20,305 nucleotides of DNA from a virus (taxonomy: Duplodnaviria > Heunggongvirae > Uroviricota > Caudoviricetes): IMG/VR virus record IMGVR_UViG_2695420624_000005, one strand, 5' to 3'. A program made the position numbers and the translations under genes. Shown one piece after another: positions 1-9,519 of this stretch. How positions within the stretch are numbered: position 1 is the stretch's first letter; each line of letters opens with the position of its first letter. The notes beneath the pieces were generated by a model, which did not search any database, was not told where the DNA came from, and worked only from the letters and a program-made list of their open reading frames with translations.

Positions 1-543
1 TCCGTAATCAAACGACGATGTGGTTTTCGTCCCCAAATCCGTACTGGATGCGCTGGCGCTGTGGGTGTGCGATTTAATGCCGTCCTGTTCCTGAGATAAT
101 ACGGCCCGACCACTGGCGGGCTTGCCCTTAATCGTCCAGCCACGCATATCAGGGATCACGCCTGACGGATAAGCAACTGCAAGTTTCGGGTATGCAGATT
201 TGTCAAAAGTCTGCCCCTGCATCAGGGCATAACCAGACGGAACGGTATCTGATGGCCACGGGATTGGTGCACCGACTGGATAAAACTCTGCAGGAGGATG
301 AGCCGAGGTGTAAAGCTGCGCCCACGGCGACCAGTTTGCGTCGGTCGTATCCCGTCGTGAACGAATAAATGCCGGAGCATGAGCACCGCTTGTACCACTC
401 CAGCCGATGAGTAACTCACCTTCGCCAACGGCTGTCATCCCTTTCAGGTGAATGATATTTCCATACGCTGTTGGATATCCGTTGTTATACACCTCGTATA
501 ACTCAAGACCTGCAGCCCCCTGCGTATTGTCTGTCAGCGCGGT
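1..543 (-). pseudogene. Tail fibre protein 3' remnant (no start codon; runs off window start), fused by deletion to the truncated terminase gene
   Basis: Minus-strand frame open from about 545 to the window edge translates to ...[30 protein letters not shown]...[45 protein letters not shown]..., typical of lambdoid side tail fibre C-terminal regions. The frame has a stop immediately upstream and is offset from the gpA frame, so it cannot be translated as a gene. Confidence 0.55.
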
Positions 544-788
544 TAACCGACACGGGCAGACTTCACCACATTCACCTCACGGATGTAGTCGCTGCCCATC
601 GCATTCATGATGGCCCGCTGAAAGGGCAGTGTTTCCCAGCGCCCTTCCTGGTATGCGGATTCTTTCGGGAGATAGTAATTAGCATCCGCCCATTCAACGG
701 CGGTCTGTGGCTCCGGCCTGAACAGTGAGCGAAGCCCGGCGCGGACAAAATGCCGCAGCCTGTTAACCTGACTGTTCGATATATTCAC
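543..788 (-). pseudogene. A: Terminase large subunit (lambda gpA-like), N-terminal 81-codon remnant
   Basis: Translation [81 protein letters not shown] matches the lambda gpA N-terminus as I recall it. The ORF stops at TAA right after ARVG, where full-length gpA (over 600 aa) continues. Start overlaps the 3' end of nu1 as in lambda. Confidence 0.8.
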
Positions 789-1308
789 TCAGCAACCCCG
801 GTATCAGTTCATCCAGCGCGGCTGCTTTGTTCATGGCTTTGATGATATCCCGTTTCAGGAAATCAACATGTCGGTTTTCCAGTTCCGGAAAACGCCGCTG
901 CACCGACAGGGGGATCCCGTCGAGAATACTGGCAATTTCACCTGCGATCCGCGACAGCACGAAAGTACAGAATGCGGTTTCCACCACTTCAGCGGAGTCT
1001 CTGGCATTTTTCAGCTCCTGTGCGTCGGCCTGCGCACGCGTAAGTCGATGGCGTTCGTACTCAATAGTCCCTGGCTGGAGATCTGTCTCGCTGGCCTGCC
1101 GCAGTTCTTCAACTTCCCGGCGCAGCTTTTCGTTCTCAATTTCAGCATCCCTTTCGGCATACCATTTTATGACGGCGGCAGAGTCATAAAGCACCTCATT
1201 ACCCTTGCCACCGCCTCGCAGAACGGGCATTCCCTGTTCCTGCCAGTTCTGAATGGTACGGATACTCGCACCGAAAATGTCAGCCAGCTGCTTTTTGTTG
1301 ACTTCCAT
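763..1308 (-). CDS. nu1: Terminase small subunit Nu1
   Basis: 181 aa ORF, MEVNKKQLADIFGASIRTIQNWQEQGMPVLRGGGKGNEV...SEYIEQSG, essentially the lambda Nu1 sequence (winged-HTH N-terminus); sits about 180 bp from cosN as in lambda. Confidence 0.9.
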   Translation of the reverse strand: MEVNKKQLADIFGASIRTIQNWQEQGMPVLRGGGKGNEVLYDSAAVIKWYAERDAEIENEKLRREVEELRQASETDLQPGTIEYERHRLTRAQADAQELKNARDSAEVVETAFCTFVLSRIAGEIASILDGIPLSVQRRFPELENRHVDFLKRDIIKAMNKAAALDELIPGLLSEYIEQSG

Positions 1309-1485
1309 TGTTCATTCCACGGCCAAAAACAGAGAAAGGAAACGACAGAGGCCCAAAAGCTCGTTTTCAGCACCTGTCGTTTCCTTTCTTTTCAGGGGGT
1401 ATTTTAAATAAAAACATTAAGTTACGACGAAGAAGAACGGAAACGCCTTAAACCGGAAAATTTTCATAAATAGCGAAAACCCGCG

Positions 1486-1497
1486 AGGTCGCCGCCC
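1486..1497. other. cosN cohesive-end site (within a cos region of roughly 1320..1560, with cosB on the nu1 side)
   Basis: Plus strand AGGTCGCCGCCC is the reverse complement of the lambda 12-nt cohesive end GGGCGGCGACCT. The flanking sequence matches the lambda left end (CGCGGGTTTTCGCTATTTATGAAAATTTTCCGG on the minus strand) and right end (plus-strand CGTAACCTGTCGGATC is the reverse complement of the lambda terminal GATCCGACAGGTTACG). Confidence 0.8.
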
Positions 1498-1696
1498 CGT
1501 AACCTGTCGGATCGCCGGAAAGGACCCGCAAAATGATAATAATTATCATCTATATGTCACAACGTGCATCTACGCCATCAAACCACGTCAAATAATCAAT
1601 TATGACGCAGGTATCGTATTAATTGATCTGCATCAACTTAACGTAAAAACAACTTCAGACAATACAAATCAGCGACACTGAATACGGGGCAACCTC

Positions 1697-1891
1697 ATGT
1701 CAACGAAGAACAAAACCCGCAGAACAACAACCCGCAACATCCGCTTTCCTAACCAAATGATTGAACAAATTAACATCGCTCTTGAGCAAAAAGGGTCTGG
1801 GAATTTCTCAGCCTGGGTCATTGAAGCCTGCCGTCGGAGACTAACGTCAGAAAAGAGAGCATATACATCAATCCAAAGTGATGATGGATGA
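1697..1891 (+). CDS. Small hypothetical protein encoded next to cos (64 aa; possibly YlcI/DUF3950-like)
   Basis: 64 aa ORF MSTKNKTRRTTTRNIRFPNQMIEQINIALEQKGSGNFSAWVIEACRRRLTSEKRAYTSIQSDDG; the DNA corresponds to conserved lambda right-end sequence. Family assignment is from memory and uncertain. Confidence 0.45.
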   Translation: MSTKNKTRRTTTRNIRFPNQMIEQINIALEQKGSGNFSAWVIEACRRRLTSEKRAYTSIQSDDG

Positions 1892-2253
1892 ACATCCCGG
1901 TTTCTTCCACCATCGCACCGGAAAAGCGACTATGAGGGTAACCCTGCGTCTGTCAGCACAGTAAAACCCGGTGTGCATCGTTTTTGATTATTCCCGCACA
2001 CTCACGCAGAAGGAATTCCCCGTCGGGCTACGGTCATGGTTAATGCGGGAATACGGCGACGATACAGCGCAGCTAAAAGGGTAATAGACGGATAGACCGG
2101 TTTATTTCATTCCACAGGATTCTGAGTGTCCCCAACTTCCTCCAATAGTCTGAGCGTACACCTATATAGTTTTAATTTTCATCAATCCATTTAACTATCG
2201 TTTAATTGTTGTCACATAGGATTCTGCCGTTTTTAACAATGCAGGATAATAAG

Positions 2254-2547
2254 ATGAAAAAAATGTTGTTTTCTGCCGCTCTGGCAATGCTTATTACAGG
2301 ATGTGCTCAACAGACGTTTACTGTTGGAAACAAACCGACAGCAGTAACACCAAAGGAAACCATCACCCATCACTTCTTCGTTTCGGGAATTGGACAGGAG
2401 AAAACTGTTGATGCAGCCAAAATTTGTGGCGGCGCAGAAAATGTTGTTAAAACAGAAACCCAGCAAACATTCGTAAATGGATTGCTCGGTTTTATTACTT
2501 TAGGCATTTATACTCCGCTGGAAGCGCGTGTGTATTGCTCACAATAA
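2254..2547 (+). CDS. bor: Bor lipoprotein (serum-resistance lipoprotein, lambda Bor family)
   Basis: MKKMLFSAALAMLITGCAQQTFTVGNKPTAVTPKETITHHFFVSGIGQEKTVDAAKICGGAENVVKTETQQTFVNGLLGFITLGIYTPLEARVYCSQ: lipobox ITGC, 97 aa, near-identical to lambda Bor as recalled. The ORF track's longer 113 aa form starts at an upstream ATG. Confidence 0.9.
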   Translation: MKKMLFSAALAMLITGCAQQTFTVGNKPTAVTPKETITHHFFVSGIGQEKTVDAAKICGGAENVVKTETQQTFVNGLLGFITLGIYTPLEARVYCSQ

Positions 2548-2578
2548 TTGCATGAGTTGCCCATCGATATGGGCAGCT

Positions 2579-3040
2579 CTATCTGCACTGCTCATTAATA
2601 TACTTCTGGGTTCCTTCCAGTTGTTTTTGCATAGTGATCAGCCTCTCTCTGAGGGTGAAATAATCCTGTTCAGCGGTGTCTGCCAGTCGGGGGGAGGCTG
2701 CATTATCCACGCCGGAGGCGGTGGTGGCTTCACGCACTGACTGACAGACTGCTTTGATGTGCAACCGACGACGACCAGCGGCAACATCATCACGCAGAGC
2801 ATCATTTTCAGCTTTCGCATCAGCTAACTCCTTCGTGTATTTTGCATCGAGCGCAGCAACATCACGCTGACGCATCTGCATGTCAGTAATTGCCGCGTTC
2901 GCCAGCTTCAGTTCTTTGGCATTTTTGTCGCGCTGGGCTTTATAGGTAATGGCGTTATCACGGTAATGATTAACAGCCCATGACAGGCAGACGATGATGC
3001 AGATAACCAGAGCGGAGATAATCGCGGTTACTCTGTTCAT
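2579..3040 (-). CDS. Rz: Rz inner-membrane spanin (i-spanin)
   Basis: [72 protein letters not shown]... matches lambda Rz (153 aa). Start overlaps the endolysin stop (ATGA). Confidence 0.9.
   Translation of the reverse strand: MNRVTAIISALVICIIVCLSWAVNHYRDNAITYKAQRDKNAKELKLANAAITDMQMRQRDVAALDAKYTKELADAKAENDALRDDVAAGRRRLHIKAVCQSVREATTASGVDNAASPRLADTAEQDYFTLRERLITMQKQLEGTQKYINEQCR
2638..2820 (-). CDS. Rz1: Rz1 outer-membrane lipoprotein spanin (o-spanin), embedded in the +1 frame of Rz
   Basis: 60 aa [60 protein letters not shown]: lipobox VVGC and a proline-rich tail, fully embedded in Rz as in lambda. Confidence 0.85.
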   Translation of the reverse strand: MRKLKMMLCVMMLPLVVVGCTSKQSVSQCVKPPPPPAWIMQPPPDWQTPLNRIISPSERG

Positions 3041-3534
3041 TGCTGACCCCACAAACAGATTTCACGCTCAATCTCACGACGAGTCATGAGACCTTTCCAT
3101 TGCTTACCGCCAGCATATGTCCAGCGACGTAACTGATCACATGCGCCTTTGATATCGCCCTGGTTTATTTTGCGAAGAAGCGTCGATGTTCTGAAATTGC
3201 CAGCACCCACGTTGTAAACGAATGAGTAAAGAGCGCCGCGCGTTGTTTCCGGTATATCGACTTCGATGTATGGGTTAATTTGTCTGGCGACAGTGGCAAG
3301 GTCTTTATTCAAGAGTGCTTTGCATTCTGCTTTGGTATACGTTTTACCGAGCATGATGTCTTTTCCTGTATGCCCGTGACATACGGTCCATACACCAACA
3401 ATATCTTTGTATGGTATGTAGCTGACACCTTCCAGACCATCGTTACCACTTGGGCCAGTGATTAACACTGATGCTATAGCAATTGCTCCGCCACCAATAG
3501 CAGCAGCAACGGCTTTTCGTAATGATGGAGGCAT
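3037..3534 (-). CDS. rrrD: SAR endolysin (phage 21 R21 / RrrD-type lysozyme)
   Basis: 165 aa; N-terminal signal-anchor-release segment [20 protein letters not shown] followed by a lysozyme domain (…VCHGHTG…[17 protein letters not shown]…); matches R21/RrrD as recalled. Start overlaps the holin stop. Confidence 0.85.
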   Translation of the reverse strand: MPPSLRKAVAAAIGGGAIAIASVLITGPSGNDGLEGVSYIPYKDIVGVWTVCHGHTGKDIMLGKTYTKAECKALLNKDLATVARQINPYIEVDIPETTRGALYSFVYNVGAGNFRTSTLLRKINQGDIKGACDQLRRWTYAGGKQWKGLMTRREIEREICLWGQQ

Positions 3535-3749
3535 TATTCACCTCTCGCAGCCTTGCGCTTATCTTCTTTAATCTTGAAATAAAGGTTTGTCAGGTACGTC
3601 AGCAGGCCAAATACCAGGCTACCCAGCACACCTATTGCTGCCCACTGTGAGGGCGTGACTTTATCGAGCAGCTGTAAAAACCAGTAACCGGCACTACCTG
3701 CTGAGGTGCCATAGGCGACACCCGTTGTTAACTTATCCATGGATTTCAT
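3534..3749 (-). CDS. essD: Pinholin (phage 21 S21 / EssD-type class II holin) with MKSM dual-start motif
   Basis: [71 protein letters not shown], 71 aa with two TMDs; Met1 and Met4 give the antiholin/holin dual start. The ORF track extends to an upstream ATG at 3794, which I consider less likely. Confidence 0.85.
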
Positions 3750-4337
3750 AACCCCACCTCGCAGACAAAGCGGGTGTAAATTGAGGGAATACAACGTATC
3801 GCAAAAAAGCAGAAACGTAACAGACTCGGAGTCAGTGAATAACTCAGGTATTGAGTTATCAGCTAATATCGAGACTCAAAAAATGGAAAAACCAGCTCGA
3901 CGGCGGGTTTAAGCTGTGTGACGAAGTAACCACTCTTAACAGCATAACCAATTTTTTACGTACGTAAACCACTGAATGATATTTATGAGAATGCTACCGA
4001 GTGTTCAAAACACCACCACAAATACATAAGAAAACCTCAACAAATAACCAATAAATAATTTCCGGCGTTATTTTTAGTTAATTTAAATTAAACCATCGAA
4101 TTATAGACCCCCCATAAATAACAGCCATTAATATAAATTAGCTAATAGGTTTATTTTTGTTCAAATAAGAGCCATAAATAGGTTTCGATAGAAAAAGTTC
4201 AGATAAAAATAGAGATCTACTTCACAAATTAAATGAGAAACTAAAACTTACATCTTGAAATAATCACATTGATTAGATGAATATTTATCGCGCAGTGACA
4301 TCATTTTTTAATAATAGTTCAAAAAAAAGGGCTCACG

Positions 4338-5420
4338 ATGAAAAAATTAACAGTGGCAATTTCTGCTGTAGCTGCATCAGTACTGATGGCGATGTCTGCT
4401 CAGGCAGCTGAAATTTATAATAAAGACAGTAACAAGCTGGATCTGTACGGGAAAGTTAATGCTAAGCACTACTTCTCCTCTAATGATGCAGATGATGGTG
4501 ATACTACTTATGCCCGTCTTGGCTTCAAAGGTGAAACCCAAATCAACGATCAACTGACTGGTTTCGGTCAGTGGGAATATGAATTCAAAGGCAACCGCGC
4601 TGAATCTCAAGGTTCCTCCAAAGATAAAACCCGTCTTGCCTTCGCTGGCCTGAAATTCGGTGACTACGGCTCCATCGATTACGGCCGTAACTACGGTGTA
4701 GCATACGACATCGGTGCGTGGACTGACGTCCTGCCAGAATTCGGTGGTGACACTTGGACTCAAACAGATGTGTTCATGACTGGTCGCACCACTGGTGTTG
4801 CAACTTATCGTAACAACGACTTCTTTGGTCTGGTTGATGGTCTGAACTTTGCTGCTCAGTATCAGGGTAAAAATGACCGCACTGACGTAACTGAAGCTAA
4901 TGGTGATGGTTTCGGTTTCTCCACTACTTATGAGTATGAAGGATTCGGTGTAGGTGCAACCTATGCTAAATCTGATCGCACTAATAATCAGGTTATCTAC
5001 GGTAACAACGGTCTGAATGCTTCTGGTCAAAATGCTGAAGTATGGGCAGCTGGTCTGAAATATGATGCGAACAACATCTATCTGGCCACCACCTATTCTG
5101 AAACCCAGAACATGACTGTTTTTGGTAATAACCATATTGCCAACAAAGCACAAAACTTCGAAGCTGTTGCACAATATCAGTTCGACTTCGGCCTGCGTCC
5201 ATCCGTTGCTTACCTGCATTCTAAAGGAAAAGACTTGGGTGTTTGGGGTGATCAGGACCTGGTTGAATATGTTGATGTAGGTGCAACCTATTACTTCAAC
5301 AAAAATATGTCCACTTTTGTTGACTACAAAATCAACCTGATTGATAAGAGCGATTTCACGAAAGCATCTGGCGTTGCTACCGATGATATCGTTGCTGTAG
5401 GTATGGTTTACCAGTTCTAA
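4338..5420 (+). CDS. nmpC: Outer-membrane general porin, NmpC/OmpD (Lc) family, apparently intact
   Basis: 360 aa with signal peptide [29 protein letters not shown], porin motifs throughout and the C-terminal ...VAVGMVYQF. Opposite strand to the surrounding late genes; the preceding roughly 590 bp is very AT-rich. Confidence 0.85.
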   Translation: MKKLTVAISAVAASVLMAMSAQAAEIYNKDSNKLDLYGKVNAKHYFSSNDADDGDTTYARLGFKGETQINDQLTGFGQWEYEFKGNRAESQGSSKDKTRLAFAGLKFGDYGSIDYGRNYGVAYDIGAWTDVLPEFGGDTWTQTDVFMTGRTTGVATYRNNDFFGLVDGLNFAAQYQGKNDRTDVTEANGDGFGFSTTYEYEGFGVGATYAKSDRTNNQVIYGNNGLNASGQNAEVWAAGLKYDANNIYLATTYSETQNMTVFGNNHIANKAQNFEAVAQYQFDFGLRPSVAYLHSKGKDLGVWGDQDLVEYVDVGATYYFNKNMSTFVDYKINLIDKSDFTKASGVATDDIVAVGMVYQF

Positions 5421-5556
5421 TTTGATTACTAAAAGATATGTTGTGGGAGGCTTTGCCTCCCCAACATATAAGTGGCTCCCTCAAGCCACTTCCTTTAGAA
5501 GCACAACCTTGCTTCTAACTATACAAACCTTCTGTTATATATTACCCTTTATTTTT

Positions 5557-5582
5557 GGGGGCGTTTCAACGCCCCATTTTTA
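5557..5582 (+). terminator. Intrinsic terminator downstream of nmpC
   Basis: GGGGCG-TTTCAA-CGCCCC hairpin followed by ATTTTTAAT; two further hairpins (GGGAGGC/GCCTCCC near 5446..5462 and AGTGGCT/AGCCACT near 5472..5491) lie between the nmpC stop and the Q stop. Confidence 0.6.
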
Positions 5583-5608
5583 ATAACTTTTAGTAAATAA
5601 TTGGCGTA

Positions 5609-5992
5609 TTAATTAGAGTTATTAACAACGATATCCATCTCTAACCGGATATCTAATGCCATTAACATCCCTTCAATTATGCCCTCAGCCTTCTGTAACC
5701 TTTTCCCGATATAACCATCAGAGCAGCAATGCTTACCTGCCAGTGACATGAATGTCATACCAACTACATAATAATCTACTAATAAATCGTGCAAATCGCT
5801 GTTGTTCTTTTTCAGACGGGCCATGCACCCGCAAATGATCATCGCGTCATCGTCACAACATTGCGGGCGAGATTTTACTTTTGAAGGAATTAATCCCTTA
5901 AAACCGGCGGCAATGGACGACCAGGTCACATCTTCATGATTATTAGCCGCCCACGCTCCCCAACGCTCAAGAACCATCTGAATATCACGCAT
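5609..5992 (-). CDS. quuD: Late-gene antiterminator Q (phage 21/82-type; QuuD-like)
   Basis: [127 protein letters not shown] with a Cys-rich zinc-binding core; position is upstream of the lysis cassette. The ORF track's start at 6007 is an upstream in-frame ATG. Confidence 0.85.
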   Translation of the reverse strand: MRDIQMVLERWGAWAANNHEDVTWSSIAAGFKGLIPSKVKSRPQCCDDDAMIICGCMARLKKNNSDLHDLLVDYYVVGMTFMSLAGKHCCSDGYIGKRLQKAEGIIEGMLMALDIRLEMDIVVNNSN

Positions 5993-6077
5993 CAACTTAC
6001 TCCACAAAAATCAGACCAGAACGCCAATTACAAGCAAAAATCAATAAAACAGTATTAGTTGATTGTTATCTCTGACT

Positions 6078-6215
6078 TCATACTCCTGCTCCTGTCAGGG
6101 TTTTGGCGTAATTCTTCAGTATTCGGTAATCGGTCAAAACAGAACCGGGGAAACGATATAAGCGCAGACGCCCCCAGCGGTGGCGAAGAAGTTCTGCTAT
6201 ATTAAACTCAAACAT
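6078..6215 (-). CDS. ylcG: Small protein, YlcG-like (45 aa)
   Basis: Hand translation of the minus strand: [45 protein letters not shown], stop at 6078..6080. Its ATG shares a nucleotide with the rusA stop (TGATG). Below the ORF-track size cut-off; name from memory. Confidence 0.45.
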   Translation of the reverse strand: MFEFNIAELLRHRWGRLRLYRFPGSVLTDYRILKNYAKTLTGAGV

Positions 6216-6577
6216 CATTCATTCCCCATTTCGGTGATGGTCAGTTCCAGCCTCCCACCTTTGGTAACAGGCATCTTCACAACGCGGTAATCAACGACCT
6301 GAGCATCATCCAGCCAGAAACCTGCTTTAGTGAGTGCGTCAAAAGCGGCTTTTTGCAGATTATCCAGGTCACGGCGACGGCGATCCGGCATGTGGCACTC
6401 AATGCGGATTTTCACAGGCATAGCCAGGCCGATATCCAGCATTGCGCTTTTAATGATTCGGGCGACGTTATCGCGGTATGCCTGCCCCTCTGCACTGACG
6501 TGCGTGCGCCCGCGATTATGGCGGTAATAGCGATTATTGCTCGGAGGCCAGGGTAATGTGATACTGTAGGTATTCAC
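6215..6577 (-). CDS. rusA: Holliday-junction resolvase RusA
   Basis: 120 aa [51 protein letters not shown]...[31 protein letters not shown], the RusA sequence as I recall it. Confidence 0.9.
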   Translation of the reverse strand: MNTYSITLPWPPSNNRYYRHNRGRTHVSAEGQAYRDNVARIIKSAMLDIGLAMPVKIRIECHMPDRRRRDLDNLQKAAFDALTKAGFWLDDAQVVDYRVVKMPVTKGGRLELTITEMGNE

Positions 6578-6864
6578 GCCTTAATAACCCCCTCTTTCAG
6601 CCAGATAACCTGTGTTCTCGCCATACCTTCCAGCGCGCATTCTTTTGCATATGCAGCATCGACAAAATGTGTGCGGCGGTCGATTTCGTCGTGGCAGGCA
6701 GAACATGCAATGGTGGCAATCAGGTCTGGCGGTTTGATACCGGTACCGCACAATCCAGCCAGCCGGATATGTGCCAGTACAGACGTTTCAGAATTGCCAT
6801 TACATACGCCAGGGATTCTTACCTGGCATTCCCGACCACGCGCTGCTTTTCTCAAATCAGCCAT
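6574..6864 (-). CDS. ybcO: YbcO-like protein (DUF1364, Cys-rich putative nuclease)
   Basis: [67 protein letters not shown]...; start ATG lies 3 nt from the ninE stop and the stop overlaps the rusA start. Confidence 0.75.
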   Translation of the reverse strand: MADLRKAARGRECQVRIPGVCNGNSETSVLAHIRLAGLCGTGIKPPDLIATIACSACHDEIDRRTHFVDAAYAKECALEGMARTQVIWLKEGVIKA

Positions 6865-7027
6865 GATTCCTCCTTGCTGCCAGTCGCAACCATTTTTTAT
6901 CAACCAGGCTAGCGGTATATCCGAGCAGTGTTGGTATTTCGGATGGCTTCAGCTCAGGCTTACGCTTACGACGATTTGATACTCTGTAGATGTGTCCGTT
7001 CATGACACGAATAAGCGGTGTAGCCAT
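6857..7027 (-). CDS. ninE: NinE
   Basis: Hand translation: [56 protein letters not shown] (56 aa). Its ATG overlaps the ybcN stop (TAA at 7027..7029). Confidence 0.7.
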   Translation of the reverse strand: MATPLIRVMNGHIYRVSNRRKRKPELKPSEIPTLLGYTASLVDKKWLRLAARRNHG

Positions 7028-7482
7028 TACGCCTCCTGCTTGTCGCGGAGCAGCTGGAACTCGCAGCTCTGCGGAATAGTCAGGTGGCAGCCAATATTCA
7101 CCGCCCAGGCTTCAACCTTACACAGGAAGACATACATCTCTCCGGTATCAAGATCGGAGGTATGGCGTAACGACTGGATAGTGGTGATATCACCGGTTAC
7201 GACATCAACCAGGTCTTTGGTTTCATAACCGAGATATGTGTGTTTGAGAGCATCTTTTACCCAAGCTGGAGTGGCGAACGTTTTACCCCTGCTGATGAGG
7301 TATTCACTGATTTCGCTGTACCACATGTGGCTGAGTGCATTCTGGGAAAGACTGCGTTTCTCACGCCACGGTTTAAGCACCATGCGAAAGCATTTGCCCT
7401 CCTCCAGATAAGGCTGGATCTGCCGACCGATAGCGGTGAAGTTGCCGCGATGTAATTTGATGCCGTCTTGTGAGAGGTTCAC
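7027..7482 (-). CDS. ybcN: YbcN-like protein (nin-region protein; reported as a DNA base-flipping protein)
   Basis: 151 aa, GTG start preceded by GGAGGTG; [62 protein letters not shown]... Confidence 0.75.
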
Positions 7483-7696
7483 GCTTCACCTCCGCAGAGG
7501 TCAAACGCTAGATGCAAAGAATTGCAGGTGCATTTCTGCATCTGTGAAGGGAGAAGAGAGTTTGGATTGTATGTGCGCATAAACGTCCCCGTTTAGCGCA
7601 GAAGTCACCGGAGTTGTTCAGGCTCCGGTGACATAATTATGCCGTGTTGATTTCCCAAAATCAAAATCGATAGAATTGCTCCTTCTTAAAACACTT

Positions 7697-8494
7697 TTAC
7701 TCTCTGGAAGCTTTTCTTATCTCTCTTGGTGTTATATTAAAACGATTATGAAATCTTTCAGTAAAACGAGAAGGACACTTATAACCATTTTCTCTGGCAA
7801 TCTCGCTTATAGGTTTTACCGTCGTTTGTATAGCAGACAACGCATTATTTAACCTCACATCGTCCAGTATACTTTGGAAACTTACCCCCTCGCTTGCTAG
7901 ACGGCGATGTAATGTAGAAACAGAAATGTAGAGATATCGAGCAACCTTGTTTGCTGTCCATTTTGTGCCGGGTTCGGATAGCAGCAGGTTATAACAACGA
8001 CTTATCAATGATTGTTTACTATATGATAAAAGTAAATGATTAACATGATTCACTCCTAACGAAAGTAGAACGCCCATTGCTAAGTGCTCCTGAATTTTAG
8101 TTGAGAAGCCTCGGGAAACAGATGTTTTTAGTTGCTCCCAACAATATATTAACTCAGGATTCTGAGGTAAAAAGAAACTTGTTTTGTTACGTATTTGATC
8201 AGTTACCGTATAAAGTTTTTGGAAACTCTCAATTAAATCAATGGGTAAGTAAAGCATTTCTGCAAGATAAAGCCCTGCTTCAGGATAATTCTCAATATAA
8301 AATTCATAACCACAAGGAAATAATATTATTTGATTATTATCAACAGTTAAAGTATGCGTCTCCCAATTGATAACTTTCTTTCCCTGACGGATACGACACA
8401 AAGCTGGCATAAGAGGCTTAACCCTATGAATCTCATGATGTTTATGCATCCGTATTTCTTCGATCTTTAAGTTAGTCTTACCTCTTGCCAGCAT
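7697..8494 (-). CDS. ybcM: AraC/XylS-family transcriptional regulator (YbcM-like)
   Basis: 265 aa; C-terminal AraC-type HTH (…[82 protein letters not shown]…); the gene is visibly AT-rich. Confidence 0.8.
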
Positions 8495-8503
8495 ACTCTC
8501 ACC

Positions 8504-9055
8504 CTACTTTATCTCATAAACTGGTGTTATCTCAGCGGTTGCGATTTTATTAGCATTAAGCATATAACCAACTAACGCTCCGCTGGAGTTAGAATCTACA
8601 GGAATCTTTTCAGTTTTTAGAGCCCATACTTTAAACTGGTAATGATGTGGTTTATCTCCTTTAGGAGGACATGCGCCACCAAACCCAGCATAGCCAAAAT
8701 CATTTCGGCCTTGAACAGCACCAGTCGGCAGTTTTGTTCCATCACGTCTCCCTGCATCAACGGGCAAATATGTTATTGTTGCTGGAATATTAACAACAGT
8801 CCAATGCCACCAACCACTGCCTGTAGGTGCATCTGGATCATATACAGTTACGGCAAAGCTTTTGGTACCTTCAGGAACACCAGACCAGGTTAATGAGGGC
8901 GATGTATTACCACCTTCACACCCAAATCCAGAAAAGACATGAGACGTTGTAAGTTGCTCTCCTGTTTTTATTTCATTACTAGTGACCTGAAATGCTGCAG
9001 CCTGCGCAGAAAATGTTATGAATGCCAATACAGTTGAAACGATAAGTGTTTTCAT
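8504..9055 (-). CDS. ybcL: Periplasmic PEBP/RKIP-family protein (YbcL-like)
   Basis: 183 aa with signal peptide MKTLIVSTVLAFITFSAQA; PEBP-like motifs (…VYDPDAPTGSGWWHWTVVNIP…GACPPKGDKPHHYQFKVWAL…). Confidence 0.8.
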   Translation of the reverse strand: MKTLIVSTVLAFITFSAQAAAFQVTSNEIKTGEQLTTSHVFSGFGCEGGNTSPSLTWSGVPEGTKSFAVTVYDPDAPTGSGWWHWTVVNIPATITYLPVDAGRRDGTKLPTGAVQGRNDFGYAGFGGACPPKGDKPHHYQFKVWALKTEKIPVDSNSSGALVGYMLNANKIATAEITPVYEIK

Positions 9056-9519
9056 AAAAACCTCTTTGTTATGACCTATCGTTATTTTATTTGATATTCC
9101 TTTATCTCATTATGCATAAAGGCGCAATGTTTATGCAAAAGCAATCACAATTGTACCCCCAACCCAATTATTTGCCACAATATACACAAAGCACATTGAT
9201 ACTATCTAAAAACTCTGCTTTATTATTAGTAATACCTACGAAAGTCGGTGTTATTTTTTAACCTACCATTCAAAATACGTGACATACACCATTTTGCTCA
9301 TAATAATTTGTCACGTATTTTCAGTATTTGAATCTGCGACCAAGAGTTCTCACCTAACAAATGATTAAGATTGTATAGCTCATTTACTACCCCAATACAG
9401 CCGTACAAAACTCGCTTGTGGGAGCAAACAAAGTAATTACCCATTAAGTTTCGTCAAAGATAATTAATTCTGTCTTGCACTTTATCACCATAGCATAACT
9501 TAAAATCCGAGATCATTAT

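Noticed and set aside
222-428. 68 aa minus-strand ORF
   Set aside because: Out of frame within the tail-fibre remnant, which reads convincingly in a different frame.
827-1407. 120 aa and 179 aa plus-strand ORFs
   Set aside because: Antisense to the near-lambda-identical nu1 gene and the cos region; low-complexity translations.
4377-5219. 280 aa ORF on the minus strand
   Set aside because: Lies entirely antisense within the well-supported nmpC porin gene and has no recognisable motifs; an artefact of the opposite frame.
4338-5420. Looked for an IS5 interruption of nmpC
   Set aside because: The ORF is continuous at 360 codons with no transposase-like ORF or terminal inverted repeats inside it.
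7483-7696. Hairpin CACCGGAG…CTCCGGTG near 7596..7622 and a possible 20-codon ORF just upstream of ybcN
   Set aside because: The hairpin lacks a clear U-tract on either strand and the small ORF has no RBS or recognisable similarity; too weak to annotate.
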